This document shows positions 1 through 12,814 of a DNA stretch of 64,000 bases, piece after piece. The notes below the pieces were generated by a model. It saw only the letters and a program-made list of their open reading frames with translations, was not told the origin of the DNA and searched no databases. Source of the stretch: Hemiscyllium ocellatum (lineage: Eukaryota); contig NC_083415.1 of assembly GCF_020745735.1 (NCBI RefSeq), positions 31,610,964-31,674,963 of the forward strand. Reading direction: 5' to 3'. Each line of letters starts with the position of its first letter. Positions within the stretch are counted from its first letter, which is position 1. The translations under genes were made by a program, and so were the position numbers.

Positions 1-3000
1 GGCTATCAACTACCTCTCATTACCTTGTACACCTCGATCAGGTCACCTCTCTTCCTCCTTCTCTCCAGAGAGAAAAGTCCAAGCTCAGTCAACCTCTCCT
101 CCAGTCCAGGCAACATCCTAGTAAACCTTCTTTGCACCCTCTCCAAAGCCTCCACATCTTTCCTATAATAGGGCAACCAGAACTGGACACAATATTCCAA
201 GAGTGGTGAGACCAGGGTCTTGTAGAGCTGCAGCAAAACCTCATGGCTCTTAAACTCGATCCCCCTGTTAATGAAAGCCAAAACGTCATATGCTTTCTTA
301 ATAACTCTATCCACTTGGTTGGCAACTTTGAGGGATCTATGCACTTGAACACCAAGATCCCGCTGTTCCTCCACACTGCCAAGAATTCTGTCTTTAATCC
401 TATATTCAGCATTCAAGTTCAACCTTCCAAAATGCATTGCTTTGCATTTATCCAGGTTGAACTTTATCTATCATTTCTCAGCTGAAAAGCTAAGATAACG
501 CTTGGCACACTTTCCTCATTCCTGAAGAAGGGCTCATGCCCGAAACATCGATTCTCCTGCTCCTTGGATGCTGCCTGACCTGCTGCGCTTTTTCAGCAAC
601 ACATTTTCAGCTCTGATCTCCAGCATCTGCAGTCCTCACTTTCTCCTATCATTTCTCAGCCCAGCTCTGCATCCTGTCTATGTCGTGCTGCAGCCTGCGA
701 TCGTCCTCAATAGTAGCAATGGCACCTCCAAGCTTTGTCATCGGCAAGCTTACTAACCCACCCCTCAAACTCCTCATCCAAGTAATTTTAAAAAATTACA
801 AAGGACAGAGACCCAAGAACAGAGCCCTGCAGGATGCCACTCACCACGGACCTCCAGGCAGAATACTTTCCATCAGCAACTTCTCTCTGCCTTCTGTCAA
901 CCAACCAATTCTGTATCCAAACAGCCAAATCTCCCTGTATCCCATACCTCATGAATTTATGAATGAGCCTACCGTTGGGAACCTTATCAAATGCCTTGCT
1001 GAAATCCATGTACACCACATCCACTGCTCGACTTTCATCACCCTGTCTTGTCACTCCTCAAGGAACTCAAAAAGGTTTGTGAGGCATGACCTGCTCCTCA
1101 CAAAGCCATGCTGACTGCCTTTAATCACGTTATGCTTTTCCAAATAGTCATAAATCCTATCCCTCAGAATTCTTTCCAAACCACAAACGTAAGATTGACA
1201 GGTCTGTAATTGCCAGGGATTTCCCTAATCCCTTCTTGAAGAGCAACAACATCCTCCTCCCTCTAATCCTCGGGCATGTGGAGAGCGAGGAAGCAAAGAT
1301 CTTCACCAGCAGCTTAGCAACCTCCTTTCTCACGTCCCAGAGGAGCCTATGAAAAATCTGTTCTGGCCCTGGGGACTTACCAATTTCAATGTTTGCCAAA
1401 ATTTCCTGCACATCAACTTCATCAATCTCAATCTGTTCAACCCTGTTTCCCCACTCTTCAAAGTTCTCATTCACAACAAGGTCCCTTTCTTTAGTGAAAA
1501 CTGAAGCAAAAAATTCATTTAGGCCTTCTCCTATCTGCACAGACTTCACGCACAAGTTCCCTACGCTATCCCTGATCGGCCCTACCTTCTCCCTGATCAT
1601 TCTCTTCTTCCTCATGTATGAGTAAAATGCCTTTGGGTTCTCCCTAATCCTTCCTGCCAAGCTTTTTCTCGTGCCCCCTTTTGGCTCTCCTCAGTCCATT
1701 TCTGAGCTCCTTTCTAGTAAACTGTAATCCTCTAAAGCCATGCTAGACCCTTGCTTCCTCCACCTCATGTAAGCTGCTTTCTTCCTTTTGAAGAGAAACT
1801 CCTCTGTTCTCCTCATTCGAGGCTCCTTAATCTTACTCCTTCTTGCCTGTCTCAGAGGAACAAATTTATGCATCACTTGCAACACATTCTCCTGACACAA
1901 ACAAACAGTATCCACATGTCTGTTGTGCCCTTTCCGTGGAACAGTGCTCCCAACCTATACTTACCAAATCCTGTCTGATAGTGTCATAATTACCTTTGCC
2001 CCAATTAAATATTTTCCCATGGTTACTGCTCCTTTCCCGCTCAATGGCTGTGGTAAATGGGAGGCAGTTGTGGTCACTGTCACTAAAATGTTCTCTCACC
2101 ACGAGATCTGACACCTGCCCTGGTTCATTGTCAAGCACCAAATCCAAAATGGCCTCGCCCCTCGTCGGCATGTCTACGTAATGAGCAAGGAAACTCTTCT
2201 GAACACACTTGACAAAAACGGCCCCATCCAAATCATCTGCACTGAGGAGGTTCCAATCAATATTGGGAAAGTTGAAGTCACCTATAACAATAACCCTGGT
2301 ACGTCTGCACTTTTCCAAAATCTGCCAGCCTTTGAGTTCTTCAATCTCTCTACAGCTACTGGAGGGTTTGTAGAAGACCTCCAATAAGGTGACTGCCCCC
2401 TTGCTGTTCCTAACTTCCACCCGTTCTGACTCAGTAGACAAACTTTCCTCAACAACCTTCGTTTTTGTAGCTGTGATGCACTCTCTGATTATCAATGTTA
2501 CACCCCGCCTCTATTTCCCCCCCATCCCTGTTCTTTTTAAACGTTCTAAACCCTGGAACATCCAGCAACCATTCCTGCCCCGTGAAACCCACATCTCCGT
2601 TATGACCACGACATCATAGCCCTAAGTACTGGTCCATGCTCTAAGTTCATCACTCTTATTCCTGACACTCCTTGCATTAAAGCAGACATACTTTAACCGA
2701 ACCCTTTGTTCCATCAAATGAAAAACTTTCCCGATAAGATGCAGTGAATCTATTACGGCCTCATCTACAACTACTCCCCCTCAGATGTGTAGTTCCGGTT
2801 CCCACCTCCCCGCCAAACTAGTTTAAACCCACCCAAACCACTCAAGGAAATCTCCCACACAGGACATTTGTGCCCCTCTAGTTCAGGTGCAACCCATCCC
2901 TCATGTACAGGTCCCACCTTCCTCAGAAGGCATCCCAATGGTCTAAGTATCTGAAGTCCTCCCTCCTGCACCAGCCGCACAACCAAGAGCTAAGCTGCAC

Positions 3001-3755
3001 TCATTGACCGTTCCTCACCTCACTGTCTCAGGGCACCAGTAGCAAACCTGAGATCACTACTCTACTCGTCCTGATCTTCAGCTTCCAACCTAGCTCTCTG
3101 TAGTCACTTTTCAGCTCCTCAATCTCTTTCCTGGCTATATCATTGGTACCAATACATACCACGATTTCTGGCTGCTCACCTCCCCCTTCAGAATCTTGTA
3201 AACCTGATCGGCGATGTCCTGGACCTTGGCACCTGGGAGGCAGAACACCACAGTGCCAGCTCAGTGCCAAAGACTTGACAACTATGGCTTTCCCCTGGTA
3301 GTCTGTCCCCACCAGCAGTATCCAAAACAGTATACTTATTACTGAGGGGAACTGCCACAGAGGATCCCTGCTCTGTCTGTCGGTTCCCTTTCTGCCCTCT
3401 GACTGTAACCCAACTTCCCTTATCCTGCCCCTGAGGAGTGACCACCTCTCTGTACATCTTCTCAACTTTCCCCCAGCCTCCCGGAGGATCCGCAGTTCAT
3501 CCAGCTCCAGCTCCAGTTCCCTAACTCTGTTTTCATGGAGCTGGAGTTGGGTGCACTTCCTGCAGGTGTGGACAGCAGAGGCATGTGTCATGTCTCTCAC
3601 TTGCCACATTCTGCAGGAGGAACATGAAACTGCCCTAACATCCATACCTCACTACTCTGAAAATCCACACAGTACTAAACAAGGAAAAGAAGAAAAAAAA
3701 GAGAAAATCTGAAAAACTTACCGAATCTACAGACTCTTATGAAGGTTAGAGGAGG
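1..3755 (-). mobile_element. Degraded near-full-length CR1-clade (HER1-like) LINE in an ARFRP1 intron: ORF1 (zinc finger plus SGNH esterase) and ORF2 (APE endonuclease plus RT), broken by frameshifts and stops
   Basis: ORF 3028-3645 has CSSCRMW..CRKC and VVCIGTNDI; 1866-2495 has GDFNFPNIDW, LDLVL and SDHN (endonuclease); 788-1054 has YMDFSKAFDKV and QGSVLG (RT); 6-437 has LEYCVQFW and LERVQRRFTRM (CR1 C-terminus). Confidence 0.92.
483..645 (+). mobile_element. Short PLE family A terminal-repeat (pLTR) insertion with hammerhead-like motif, nested in the CR1
   Basis: Matches the 3' end of the PLE at 11870-12022; perfect 15-bp TSD ctatcatttctcagc at 468-482 and 646-660; CTGAAGA-A-GGGC-TCAT-GCCC-GAAAC at 522-546. 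Confidence 0.85.
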
Positions 3756-4515
3756 TTGCTCTAACATTGAATGAACCAACATTCCAGCTGGTTTGAGAAA
3801 TTACTGAAGATTGCTCTAATCATAGGCTTAAGAGTCTCTACCTTAATTGTGCCTCAGAGTAAGCAATAAGGAAGAAAGGAGCAACTTTCCTGGGTTTGCT
3901 GTATACTTAATAGATTCTAGGTATTCTATGATCATGTAGACTCCTATTCTTACTTCCTTAAACAAAATTCCATCTCCTCGTGAAACTTCATTCGCTGTGT
4001 GGTTTGTTATACCATTCCATCCTGCAGTAGTACATGGATTTTGACAGTAGGTGTCGCACATTTTCCTTGTGATTATAGAATTCCACTCCAGGTTTTTCCT
4101 TTCAGTTTCCAAAAGATCTATTTACTCATGTTGGCTACTTGCTGTTCAACATATTTATTATTCAGACGATATCCGTATTTAGTGCTTAAGATCTCCAGAT
4201 TGATGCTCGCAATATCTTCATATTTTGATTTTTGCATCTAAACTGACCATTGTTAAAAGTTAAAGATTAACTGCTGTACAAGCTGGGTTTGTTATTTTAT
4301 GATTAACACTTTCAAACATTCTTATTTATTAACTCCTGCAATACTTGATTTTCTTTTGGGGGGAGAAAGACCTATATTTGATGCACAAATTTTCAGTTTT
4401 ATGTAGACAAAATTCAATATATTCTCCAAACCTCTACCATATTGTCATAATGGATCAAAACCAGCAATACGTACACTCTGGAAAGAAACACAAAAAACTT
4501 AGTCTACAAACTTAC

Positions 4516-4603
4516 TGTTTAAGCCAACTGTAGTAGTGATCTTTGATAAGTTCATTCCTTTGTAGTTACGGTTAAACTTGGTTTTTGTCTGCTCCAAGAA
4601 GGT
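4516..4603 (-). CDS. ARFRP1: ARFRP1 second coding exon (88 bp)
   Basis: Translates TFLEQTKTKFNRNYKGMNLSKITTTVGLN; ttgtag acceptor and A|GTAAGT donor; continues the phase-0 end of the previous exon. Confidence 0.96.
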
Positions 4604-4894
4604 CTACAAAGGTTGGTCAAACAACAAAAAAGTAAATTTAAGATTATGCCGCAATGAAATTTGAATATCACTGAACAAGAACACTACTTTTCCATTATTT
4701 GTTCCTTATAACTAAGTAATATGAATAGTTGATGAAGTCGACAACTTGATAAATAGCAGTAATCTGCAGAGCATTTTTAATCGGAGACAGCATTTCATTC
4801 TTTTGGATCTAATTTTGTCAACACACATTACAGATATAAAGGTCCATACAAATTAGAAAAAAAATGCTATTCCCAAACTGTGCCATTTTGCTCC

Positions 4895-5070
4895 GAATTT
4901 GCTGGAAAAAAAGTCAGCAGATTTAAGACCCTGCTTCAGAATGTTCTGAACAAGCGTCACTGGATTTGAAACGTTAACCTGCTTTCTCTTCACAAATGTT
5001 ATCAGACTTGCTGCATTTTTCCAGCAATTTCTTTAGGATTTTCAGTATCTGCAGTGTTTTTGGGTTTTTA
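4895..5070. mobile_element. Old head-to-head pair of PLE family D pLTR fragments
   Basis: gaatttgctggaaaaa and tttttccagcaatttc inverted; ttcagaa-tg-ttctgaa centre; decayed CTGAA..GTCACTGGA..GAAACGTTAAC motif. Confidence 0.55.
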
Positions 5071-5681
5071 GATCAATCTTTAGCATTTATTAACTGCTTA
5101 TGTATAAACAATATACACGTCACTCTTCTTAATTAAAAGTCACTTGTTCATTTGAATATCTAATCCAATTTTTAAGCACTACATTTACTTCAATTAACTT
5201 GAAATATTGCACAAAACTTGTGATTGCTGTTAAGAAAACAGTTTCTACTTTTTGCCAAATGATACTGTCATCACTCACATAACACTAAGCTATTGCTTTT
5301 TGTTTAGGGTAAACATGGTTAAATACTGACTTGTTGCTTTTTAAATTCGGTTTACAAATATTGGTTAAATTGCAATGTTACAAAAAGCAATATAGCTCAA
5401 AATCAAGAACTCAATGGTATGAAATGGAAGGAGGAGGATGAAATCACCATTTCACCAAAGGCAAGAATGCGCCATTTAAATCAATGCTCTTCTTTCATGG
5501 AGGAGTTATAATGGGAGGTAGAGGGCCCAGATGCACGTGCATGGATGATATAATGGAAATGCATGCAGCATGAGAGAGAAAAAGAAATTAGAAAAGTGAG
5601 ACACATGTAACAGCTATACTGACTAATCACAAAGCCAAATAGTATGTGAAGGCAAGCTAAATGCTATAAATATCATCTCAC

Positions 5682-5774
5682 AGTTTTGCCTGCATTGTCC
5701 AATCCCAGGATCAGAATGCAATACTCATCCTTCTGGAACATGTACTTCCACAAACCAGATAGTAGTGTGTACAT
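5682..5774 (-). CDS. ARFRP1: ARFRP1 (ADP-ribosylation factor-related protein 1) first coding exon (93 bp)
   Basis: Translates MYTLLSGLWKYMFQKDEYCILILGLDNAGKT (P-loop GLDNAGKT); preceded by acceptor ttttgtttttacag|G-ATG; donor ACT|GTGAG. Confidence 0.97.
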
Positions 5775-6404
5775 CCTGTAAAAACAAAATAGGTCTTTAA
5801 AATATTTCCATTAGAAATAAATCGGTCAATGTCATTCCCTCAATATTACAAGAAGATCATAGACAAGGTTGGAATCTGACAGCAGTGATGTCAGCAGTTT
5901 GTAAATGAAGTGGTATGAGTGTTTTCTGTGAAAGGTTCCTCTGCTGCCATTGCTGATACTACACAATAGCTTTAACAAACTGAGGCAATCATGATAAATC
6001 CAAGATTACCTTACATTTAGATTATTCCTGTCGTCTAACTTTGCTGTGGAGGGCAATGTAAATTTGGAAGACAGGAGTGATATTGCTGACTACAGAGATC
6101 TGAACTGCAGCTTATTCACAAGTCCATCCATTTAACTGACACCTAATGCAAATCTTGTGAATGCTTTTCATTTTTGTTGTGCAATTTGTTACTCTTAAGT
6201 GTAAATGTTCTTTCTGTTCCACTCTTACACCACAGAATCCTACTTTTCAAAAAAAGATTGACAAGAGCAACTTGAAATACTCACTCACACACCACTATTT
6301 GCAGAAAATGTTGCTTAATTTTTGTCCTCTCTCCCACCTGTTGGCTTTTCTGGTCTCATTCTAGGCCCACTGTTTACCACATTTTCATCTACCTCCACCT
6401 CAAG

Positions 6405-6872
6405 ATTTGTTGATGCTGATGTCAGACTGGGGTGTACAAAGTTAAAAATCACAGAACACCAGGTTATAGTCCAACAGGTTTAATTGGAAGCATTAGGTTT
6501 CGGAGCACTGCTCCTTCATCAGGTGGTAGTGGAGGACACAATTGTAAGGCACAGAATTTATAGCAAAAGTTTACAGTGTGATGTCACTGAAATTATACAT
6601 TGAAAAATACCTTGATTGTTTGTTGAGTCTCTCATCTGTTAGAATGATCATATGTAAATCACAAAACTTTTTTTAAAAGTTACATTCTCAGATTAACTGT
6701 AACAATTGGTGTCAGCCAGAAAAGATGTTAAGATGTTGATGGTGTTAGCCCCCGTGTTCCCTGTCTGTGCCATAATGTTTAGACCGATTCTAATCTAAAA
6801 AGTGAGTTAACAGTCTTACAGGGATTTATGCAGAGTACAATGTAACTCTGCAAGTACAAATTCACCCCACAA

Positions 6873-6954
<82 letters not shown>

Positions 6955-7103
6955 GTGTAAATTGGTCTAAGTCTGTGAGAGGGTGCATGTGAGAGTGTAG
7001 GTGTGTGTATGAGTGTCTGTGTGTGTGTGTGTGTGCGCATATATGTCTGTGCGTGCGTGTGCGTGTGTATAGAAGTGCCTACAGACACACACACTCCCAC
7101 ACA

Positions 7104-7148
<45 letters not shown>

Positions 7149-7150
7149 AT
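6405..7150 (-). mobile_element. PLE family C 3' region (pLTR with hammerhead motif plus microsatellite-rich tract)
   Basis: Collinear with 62140-62760; reverse strand reads cacCTGATGAAGGAGCAGTGCTCCGAAACCTA at about 6491-6525. Confidence 0.8.
6878..7150. repeat. (GT)n(GA)n and (CA)n/(CT)n microsatellites
   Basis: Directly visible dinucleotide runs, at the position where PLE family C copies carry GT-rich tracts. Confidence 0.95.
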
Positions 7151-7219
7151 TTCCTTTGTTTAATCTACCTCGCCTACATTTCCCTGACCTGGAAATAATA
7201 CCAATTGACAGTGATGTGT

Positions 7220-7500
7220 TTAGAGTCATACAGCATTGAAACAGTCCCTTTGGTCTAATCAGTCGATGTTGACCATGTCCCAAGCTAAACTAGTCCTACC
7301 TGCCTTTGCTTGGCCATATACTTCCAAACTTTTCCTTTTCATGCACTTATCCAAACATCTTTTAAACATTGCCACTGAACCTGCATCACCACTTTCTCTG
7401 GCAGTTCATTCTATGGATGAGTCACACAGTACAAAAAAAAAAGTGCCCCTCGTGATTTTTAAACTCTTTCACTTCTCATTTTAAAAATATGCCCCTCGGT
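7220..7500 (-). mobile_element. CR1 LINE 3' end fragment
   Basis: agagtcatacagca tail; similar to other CR1 3' ends in the window. Confidence 0.75.
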
Positions 7501-7504
7501 TTGG

Positions 7505-7667
7505 ACAATGTAGTATACCCAATCCACCTATCCTGCACATCTGGGAGAAAATTCACACAGAGACGGGGAGAATGTGAAAACTCCACACAGACCATCACAC
7601 AAGGCTTGAATCGAACCCAGGTCCCTGTGAGACAGCAGTGCTAACAACTTCACCACCATGCCACCCA
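7505..7667 (-). mobile_element. Partial HE1-like (V-SINE) SINE
   Basis: Reverse complement of the head of the SINE at 16670 (gcagtgctaac..caccatgccaccc). Confidence 0.75.
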
Positions 7668-7684
7668 TAAAAAGATGCGCTTCT

Positions 7685-8710
7685 CATACAGGACTTATAC
7701 AATTAACAGTGAGCCTTGGGCAGTGTTACAGAACAGAAAGACTGAAGGGTTCAAGTACATAATGCATTAAAATTTGAGTCACACATAGATATTTGGTTAA
7801 GAAGGCATTTAGCATGCTTGCCTTCATTGCTCAGAGCTTTGAGTATATGAGTTGGGACGTCATATCAAGGTATTTCAGGCTTCTGGGGAGGTCTCTTTTG
7901 CAGTATTATGCGCAGTTCTGGTCACCCTGCAGTGAAAAGATGTTATTAAATTGGCAAGAGTTCAGAAAAAATTTGTCAGGATGCTGCCAGGAATGGAGAA
8001 TTTGAGTAATAAAAATAGGCTGGAAAGACTAGGACTTCTTTCACTGGAACGTAGGAGGTTGACGGGTTACTTTAAACATATGATCACTCCCAAATGGACA
8101 TACCATAACCCATATGCCATATATTTAGTTAACTTACATTATTTTGCTAACATCACAGGAGATCTAATTATCTCCCAGACTCAGGCATCATTTAATCTTG
8201 ATCAATGTATGAGAAATAACATAACGACATATAAGAATGTTATGAAACTTGAAGGGGTTTAGAAAAAGATTTACAAGAATGTTGCCAGGGTTAGAGGGTT
8301 TGAACTATAGGGTGGAAGCTGAATAGGCTGGGACTGTTTTCCCTGGAATGTCGGAGGCTGAGGGGTGATCTTATAGAGGTTTATAAAAATCATGAGGGGC
8401 TTGGTTAGGGTGGACAGACAAGGTCTTGTCCCTAGGGTGGGGAAGTCCAAAAACAGAGGGCATAGGTTTAAGGTGAGAGGGGAAAATTTTAAAAAGAACC
8501 TAAGGGGCAACTTTTTCATGTAGAGAGTGGTGCGTGTATGGAATGAGCTGCCAGAGGAAGTGGTGGAGCCTGGTACAATTACAGCATTTAAAAGGCATCT
8601 GGGTGCATAATGAATGGGAAGAGGTTAGAGGGATATAGACCAAGTGCTGGCAAATGCACCGGCAAGTTGGACCGAAGGGTCTGTTTCTGCGCTGCACATC
8701 TCTACGGAGA
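7685..8710 (+). mobile_element. Two CR1 LINE 3' fragments (about 7685-8065 and 8230-8710)
   Basis: ORFs with QYYAQFWSP, RVQKKFVRMLPG and LERRRL; 3' UTR similar to the other copies. Confidence 0.8.
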
Positions 8711-8984
8711 TATAAAATTCCAAAGCTCCAAATAATGTACCATATGTTTTTACAGATACACGATCCTGAGGAAAGAATTAGGACACCTTACAACGTTTAA
8801 TTATTCGTGTTTAAAAATGTAAGATAGTCCAACGCTCATAAAATTATCTGTTATACTCTGGATTTAATGACTATAACGAAGTATAAAACTTTTGAACATC
8901 CCTCTTGCATGCCCTAGAGTGATGATTCTCAATTTAAGAACCACCTTTTCGCTGCCAATAATGCCTGGTAAATGGATCTCTTAC

Positions 8985-9250
8985 CTTTACACCTTTGTAT
9001 CCATTTAAATCGTTCTGATATATGTCAGACTCCAAATTGTGAAAACGACACAAACCGGGGGTTTCCACTGATGAAACCGGATGTACTGGCGCCCCTTGGC
9101 CTTCTGGATGATGTAGTTATTCTGTCGCTTTCTTCTGAGTGAAGGCGGAGAGTTAAAACTACAATACCCATAATCCCTTGTGCCCCGGGGCGGGGAAGCT
9201 TGGCGATGATGAGGCGGACATGCGCAGAGCAAGCCCTCTGCCATTTTAAA
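8985..9250 (-). promoter_or_regulatory. Probable ARFRP1 promoter and non-coding exon 1
   Basis: Local CpG-rich patch with ETS CCGGATGT (9077), ZNF143/SBS-like AACTACAATACCCATAATCCC (9157-9177), GC box (9187-9195), NRF1-like CATGCGCA (9219) and YY1 GCCATTTT (9240); - strand donor AAG|GTAAG at 8985/8984; the ATG exon has an acceptor, so an upstream exon is required. Confidence 0.7.
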
Positions 9251-9398
9251 TTGTGAAAGGTCACAGCTCCTATGTTGAGTGTAGACATTGCTTAACCTGC
9301 TGGGTATTTTATACACGACATAATATTGTAACATGCATGTGTCATGAAAACAACATTTAAAAAATGTAATTTCAATGTAGGACTAATATAGTCCTCAG

Positions 9399-9547
9399 TT
9401 GAAAATGTGTTGCTGGTTAAAGCACAGCAGGTTAGGCAGCATCCAAGGAATTTCCTGTTCCTTGGATGCTGCCTAACCTGCTGTGCTTTAACCAGCAACA
9501 CATTTTCAACTGTGATCTCCAGCATTTGCAGACCTCATTTTTTACCT
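9399..9547. mobile_element. Palindromic short PLE family A (subfamily 2) insertion; perfect 55-bp inverted repeat
   Basis: Arms 9396-9450 and 9458-9512 are exact reverse complements; 15-bp TSD taatata(g/a)tcctcag at 9384-9398 and 9548-9562. Confidence 0.88.
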
Positions 9548-9555
9548 TAATATAA

Positions 9556-12022
9556 TCCTCAGCAGAGGCCTCACCTTCATTCCCCTATGCTCCCAGATTA
9601 ACGAGTTCAGCACGCGGCGAGACATCGAACAATTCTTTCGCTGCCTTTGTCTCCGCGCCTAATTCTTCAATCAGGACTCTCGCCACCCTCTGATGACCCC
9701 TTTTCCTGCCTCCAACACACCCCATCCACCTGGACACCCTGTGCTGGCTTCTTACCTGCCCCCGATCTCTTTACAGCCAACTGCTGCCATGACATTAACC
9801 GCCTCAACCTCTCCAGCCCTCTCACCCACTCCAACCTCTCACCCTTGGAATGTGCAGCCCTCCACTCCCTCCGTTCCGACCCCAACCTCACTATCAAACC
9901 GGCAGACAAGGGAGGCGCGGTAGTATTTGGCGCATCGATATTTACACCGCTGAGGCTAAACATCAGTTCGCGGACACCTCCTCCTACTGCCCCCTTGACC
10001 ATGACCCCACCTCCCACCATCAAACCATCATCTCCCAGACCATCCATAACCTCATCATCTCAGGGGATCTCCCATCCACCGCCTCCAACCTCATAATCCC
10101 ACAACCCAGCACTGCCCGTTTCTACATCCTGCCCAAAATCCACAAACCTGACTGCCCTGGCTGGCCCATTGTCTCAGCCTGCTCCTGCCCCACCGAACCC
10201 ATCTCTGCATACCTCGACACTGTCGTGTCCCCCTTAGTCCAAGAACTCCCCACCAATGTTCAGGACACCACCCACGCCTTCCACCTTCTCCATGAATTTT
10301 GCTTCCCCGGTCCCCAACGCCTTATCTTCACCATGGACGTCCAGTCCCTGTACACCTCCATCCCCCACCACGAAGGACTCAAAGCCCTCCGCTTCTTCCT
10401 TTCACGCCGTACCAACCAGTACCCTTCCACTGACACCCTCCTTCGACTGACTGAACTGGTCCTCACTCTGAACAACTTCTCTTTCCAATCCTCCCACTTC
10501 CTCCAAACCAAAGGAGTAGCCGTGGGCACCCGCATGGGCCCCAGCTATGCCTGCCTCTTCGTAGAATATGTGGAACATATCTTCCGCAGCTACACTGGCA
10601 CCACCCTCCACCTTTTCCTCCACTACATCAATGACTGTACTGGCGCTGCCTCATGCTCCCACAAGGAGATTGAACAGTTCATCCACTTTACCAACACCTT
10701 CCACCCGACCTCAAATTTACCTGGACCGTCTCAGACTCCTCCCTCCCTTTCCTAGACCTCTCTATTTCTATCTCGGGCGACCAAATCAACACAGACATTT
10801 ACTATAAACCGACCAACTCCCACAACTACCTAGACTACATCTCCTCCCACCCTGTCCCCTGTAAATACGCCATCCCATATTCCCAATTCCTTTGTCTCCG
10901 CCGCATCTGCTCTCAGGAGGACCAGTTCCAATACCGAACAACCCAGATGGCCTCCTTCAAAGACCGCAATTTCCCCCCAGACGTGGTCGACAATGCTCTC
11001 CACCGCATCTCCTCCACTTCCCACTCCTCCGCCCTTGAGCCCCGCCCCTCCAATCGCCACCAGGACAGAACCCCACTGGTCCTCACCTACACCCCACCAA
11101 CCTCCAAATACATCGTATCATCCATCGTCATTTCCGCCACCTCCAAATGGACCCCACCACCAGAGATATATTTCCCTCCCCTCCCCTATCAGCGTTCCGA
11201 AAAAAACACTTCCTCCGCGACTCCCTCGTCAGGTCCACACCCCCCACCAACCCAACTTCCAGTCCCAGCACCTTCCCCTGCAACCACAAGAAATGCAAAA
11301 CTTGTGTCCACACCTCCCCCCTTACTTCCCTCCAAGGCCCGAAGGGATCCTTCCATATCCGCCACAAATTCACCTGCACCTCCACACGCATCATTTAGTG
11401 CATCCACTGCACCTGATGTGGCCTCCTCTATATTGGGGAGACAGGCCGCCTACTTGCGGAACGTTTCAGAGAACACCTCTGGGACACCCGGACCAACCAA
11501 CCCAACCACCCTGTGGCTCAACACTTCAACTCCCCTTCCCACTCCACCAAGGACATGCAGGTCCTTGGACTCCTCCGTCGCCAGACCATAGCAACACGAC
11601 GGCTGGAGGAAGAGCGCCTCATCTTCCCCCTAGGAACCCTCCAACCACAAGGGATGAACTCAGATTTCTCTAGTTTCCTCATTTCCCCTCCCCCCACCTT
11701 GTCTCAGTCCCAACCCTCGAACTCAGCACCACGTTCCTAACCTGCAATCTTCTTCCTGACCTCTTCGCCCCCACCCCCACTCCGGCCTATCACACTCACC
11801 TTGACCTCCTTTCACCTATCGCATTTCCAACGCCCCTCCCCCAAGTCCCTCCTCCCTACCTTTTATCTTAGCCTGCTTGGCACACTTTCCTCATTCCCGA
11901 AGAAGGGCTCATGCCTGAAACGTTGATTCTCCTGCTCCTTGAATGCTGCCTGACCTGCTGCGCTTTTCCAGCAACACATTTTCAGCTCTGATCTCCAGCA
12001 TCTGCAGTCCTCACTTTCTCCT
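9556..12022 (+). mobile_element. 5'-truncated, degraded Penelope-like retroelement, family A (Neptune-like): RT, GIY-YIG endonuclease and 3' pLTR
   Basis: LSRGLTFIP, IKPADKGGAVV, FYILPKIHK, TMDVQSLYTSI, GVAVGTRMGPSYA, YINDC (decayed YIDD); Cys-rich linker CKTC then YIGETGR..RFREH; very C-rich sense strand; hammerhead-like motif at about 11897-11925. Confidence 0.92.
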
Positions 12023-12814
12023 GATATGGATTTGTTTCTACATGTAGGAGAGACCTTAACAGAGAATTGAGGAAAACTCTTACCCCATAGAGCGGTTAGC
12101 ATATGGAAATACTAATCAAAAAAGGTATTTGAGACAAATGCTGTAAACGCATTACAACAAAGGGTAGATGAGTATTTGAGAGGAAAATGATTAGAAAGTT
12201 GTGCTTTTAACGAGCATTGAGGTTGTCCATTAGAATATAAACCTTTATTGGGCTGAATGGCCTGATTGTGTGCTCTATATTTTATGCAATAATAAACCAA
12301 ACAAAATAAATTCTTTACATCTATTGAATTTATCTCCCTCAAGTTGCATGGAATTTCCCTGTTACAAGTTCAAATACATTACAGAGGTGGAAATTTTAAA
12401 AAAGAAATTTCAAAGTACCATGGCACTGACTCTGGAAAATAATGCATTTGAAAGGAGACTAGCTTTAGAAGAACAATCAGCCTACAGCAGCTGTAATACC
12501 ATTAGAACAGCAAGACTGCCAGAGGAACCTTGGAACACATTTCATGGATTTAAACTTCTTTACAACTTCACCTCTATTACCCTTTTAACTTGTGTTCTGG
12601 ATGCTACAGCATGTGCATGTGTATATTTTACTTTTTAAATTAGTTTTATTATACACGCAAGTAAATTTTGTTGATTCAAGAAATCCATCAGGCTGAAATT
12701 TTCATGTAGCTTTTATATACTTTCAATCATATGCTGAATTGAAAAAAAAATTAAAATTCAAACTAATGAAACTTCCAGATTGAGAAGTGAGGAATTTATT
12801 CATCTGTCTGGATT

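Noticed and set aside
6779-7283. His/Thr- and Cys/Val-repeat ORFs
   Set aside because: Translations of (CA)n/(GT)n microsatellites
9068-9078. CTGATGAAAC in the ARFRP1 promoter as a hammerhead core
   Set aside because: No stem II between CTGATGA and GAAA; chance match
9850-11740. PLE family A ORFs as an active or domesticated gene
   Set aside because: Multiple frameshifts and stops, catalytic YIDD decayed to YIND, and 5' truncated
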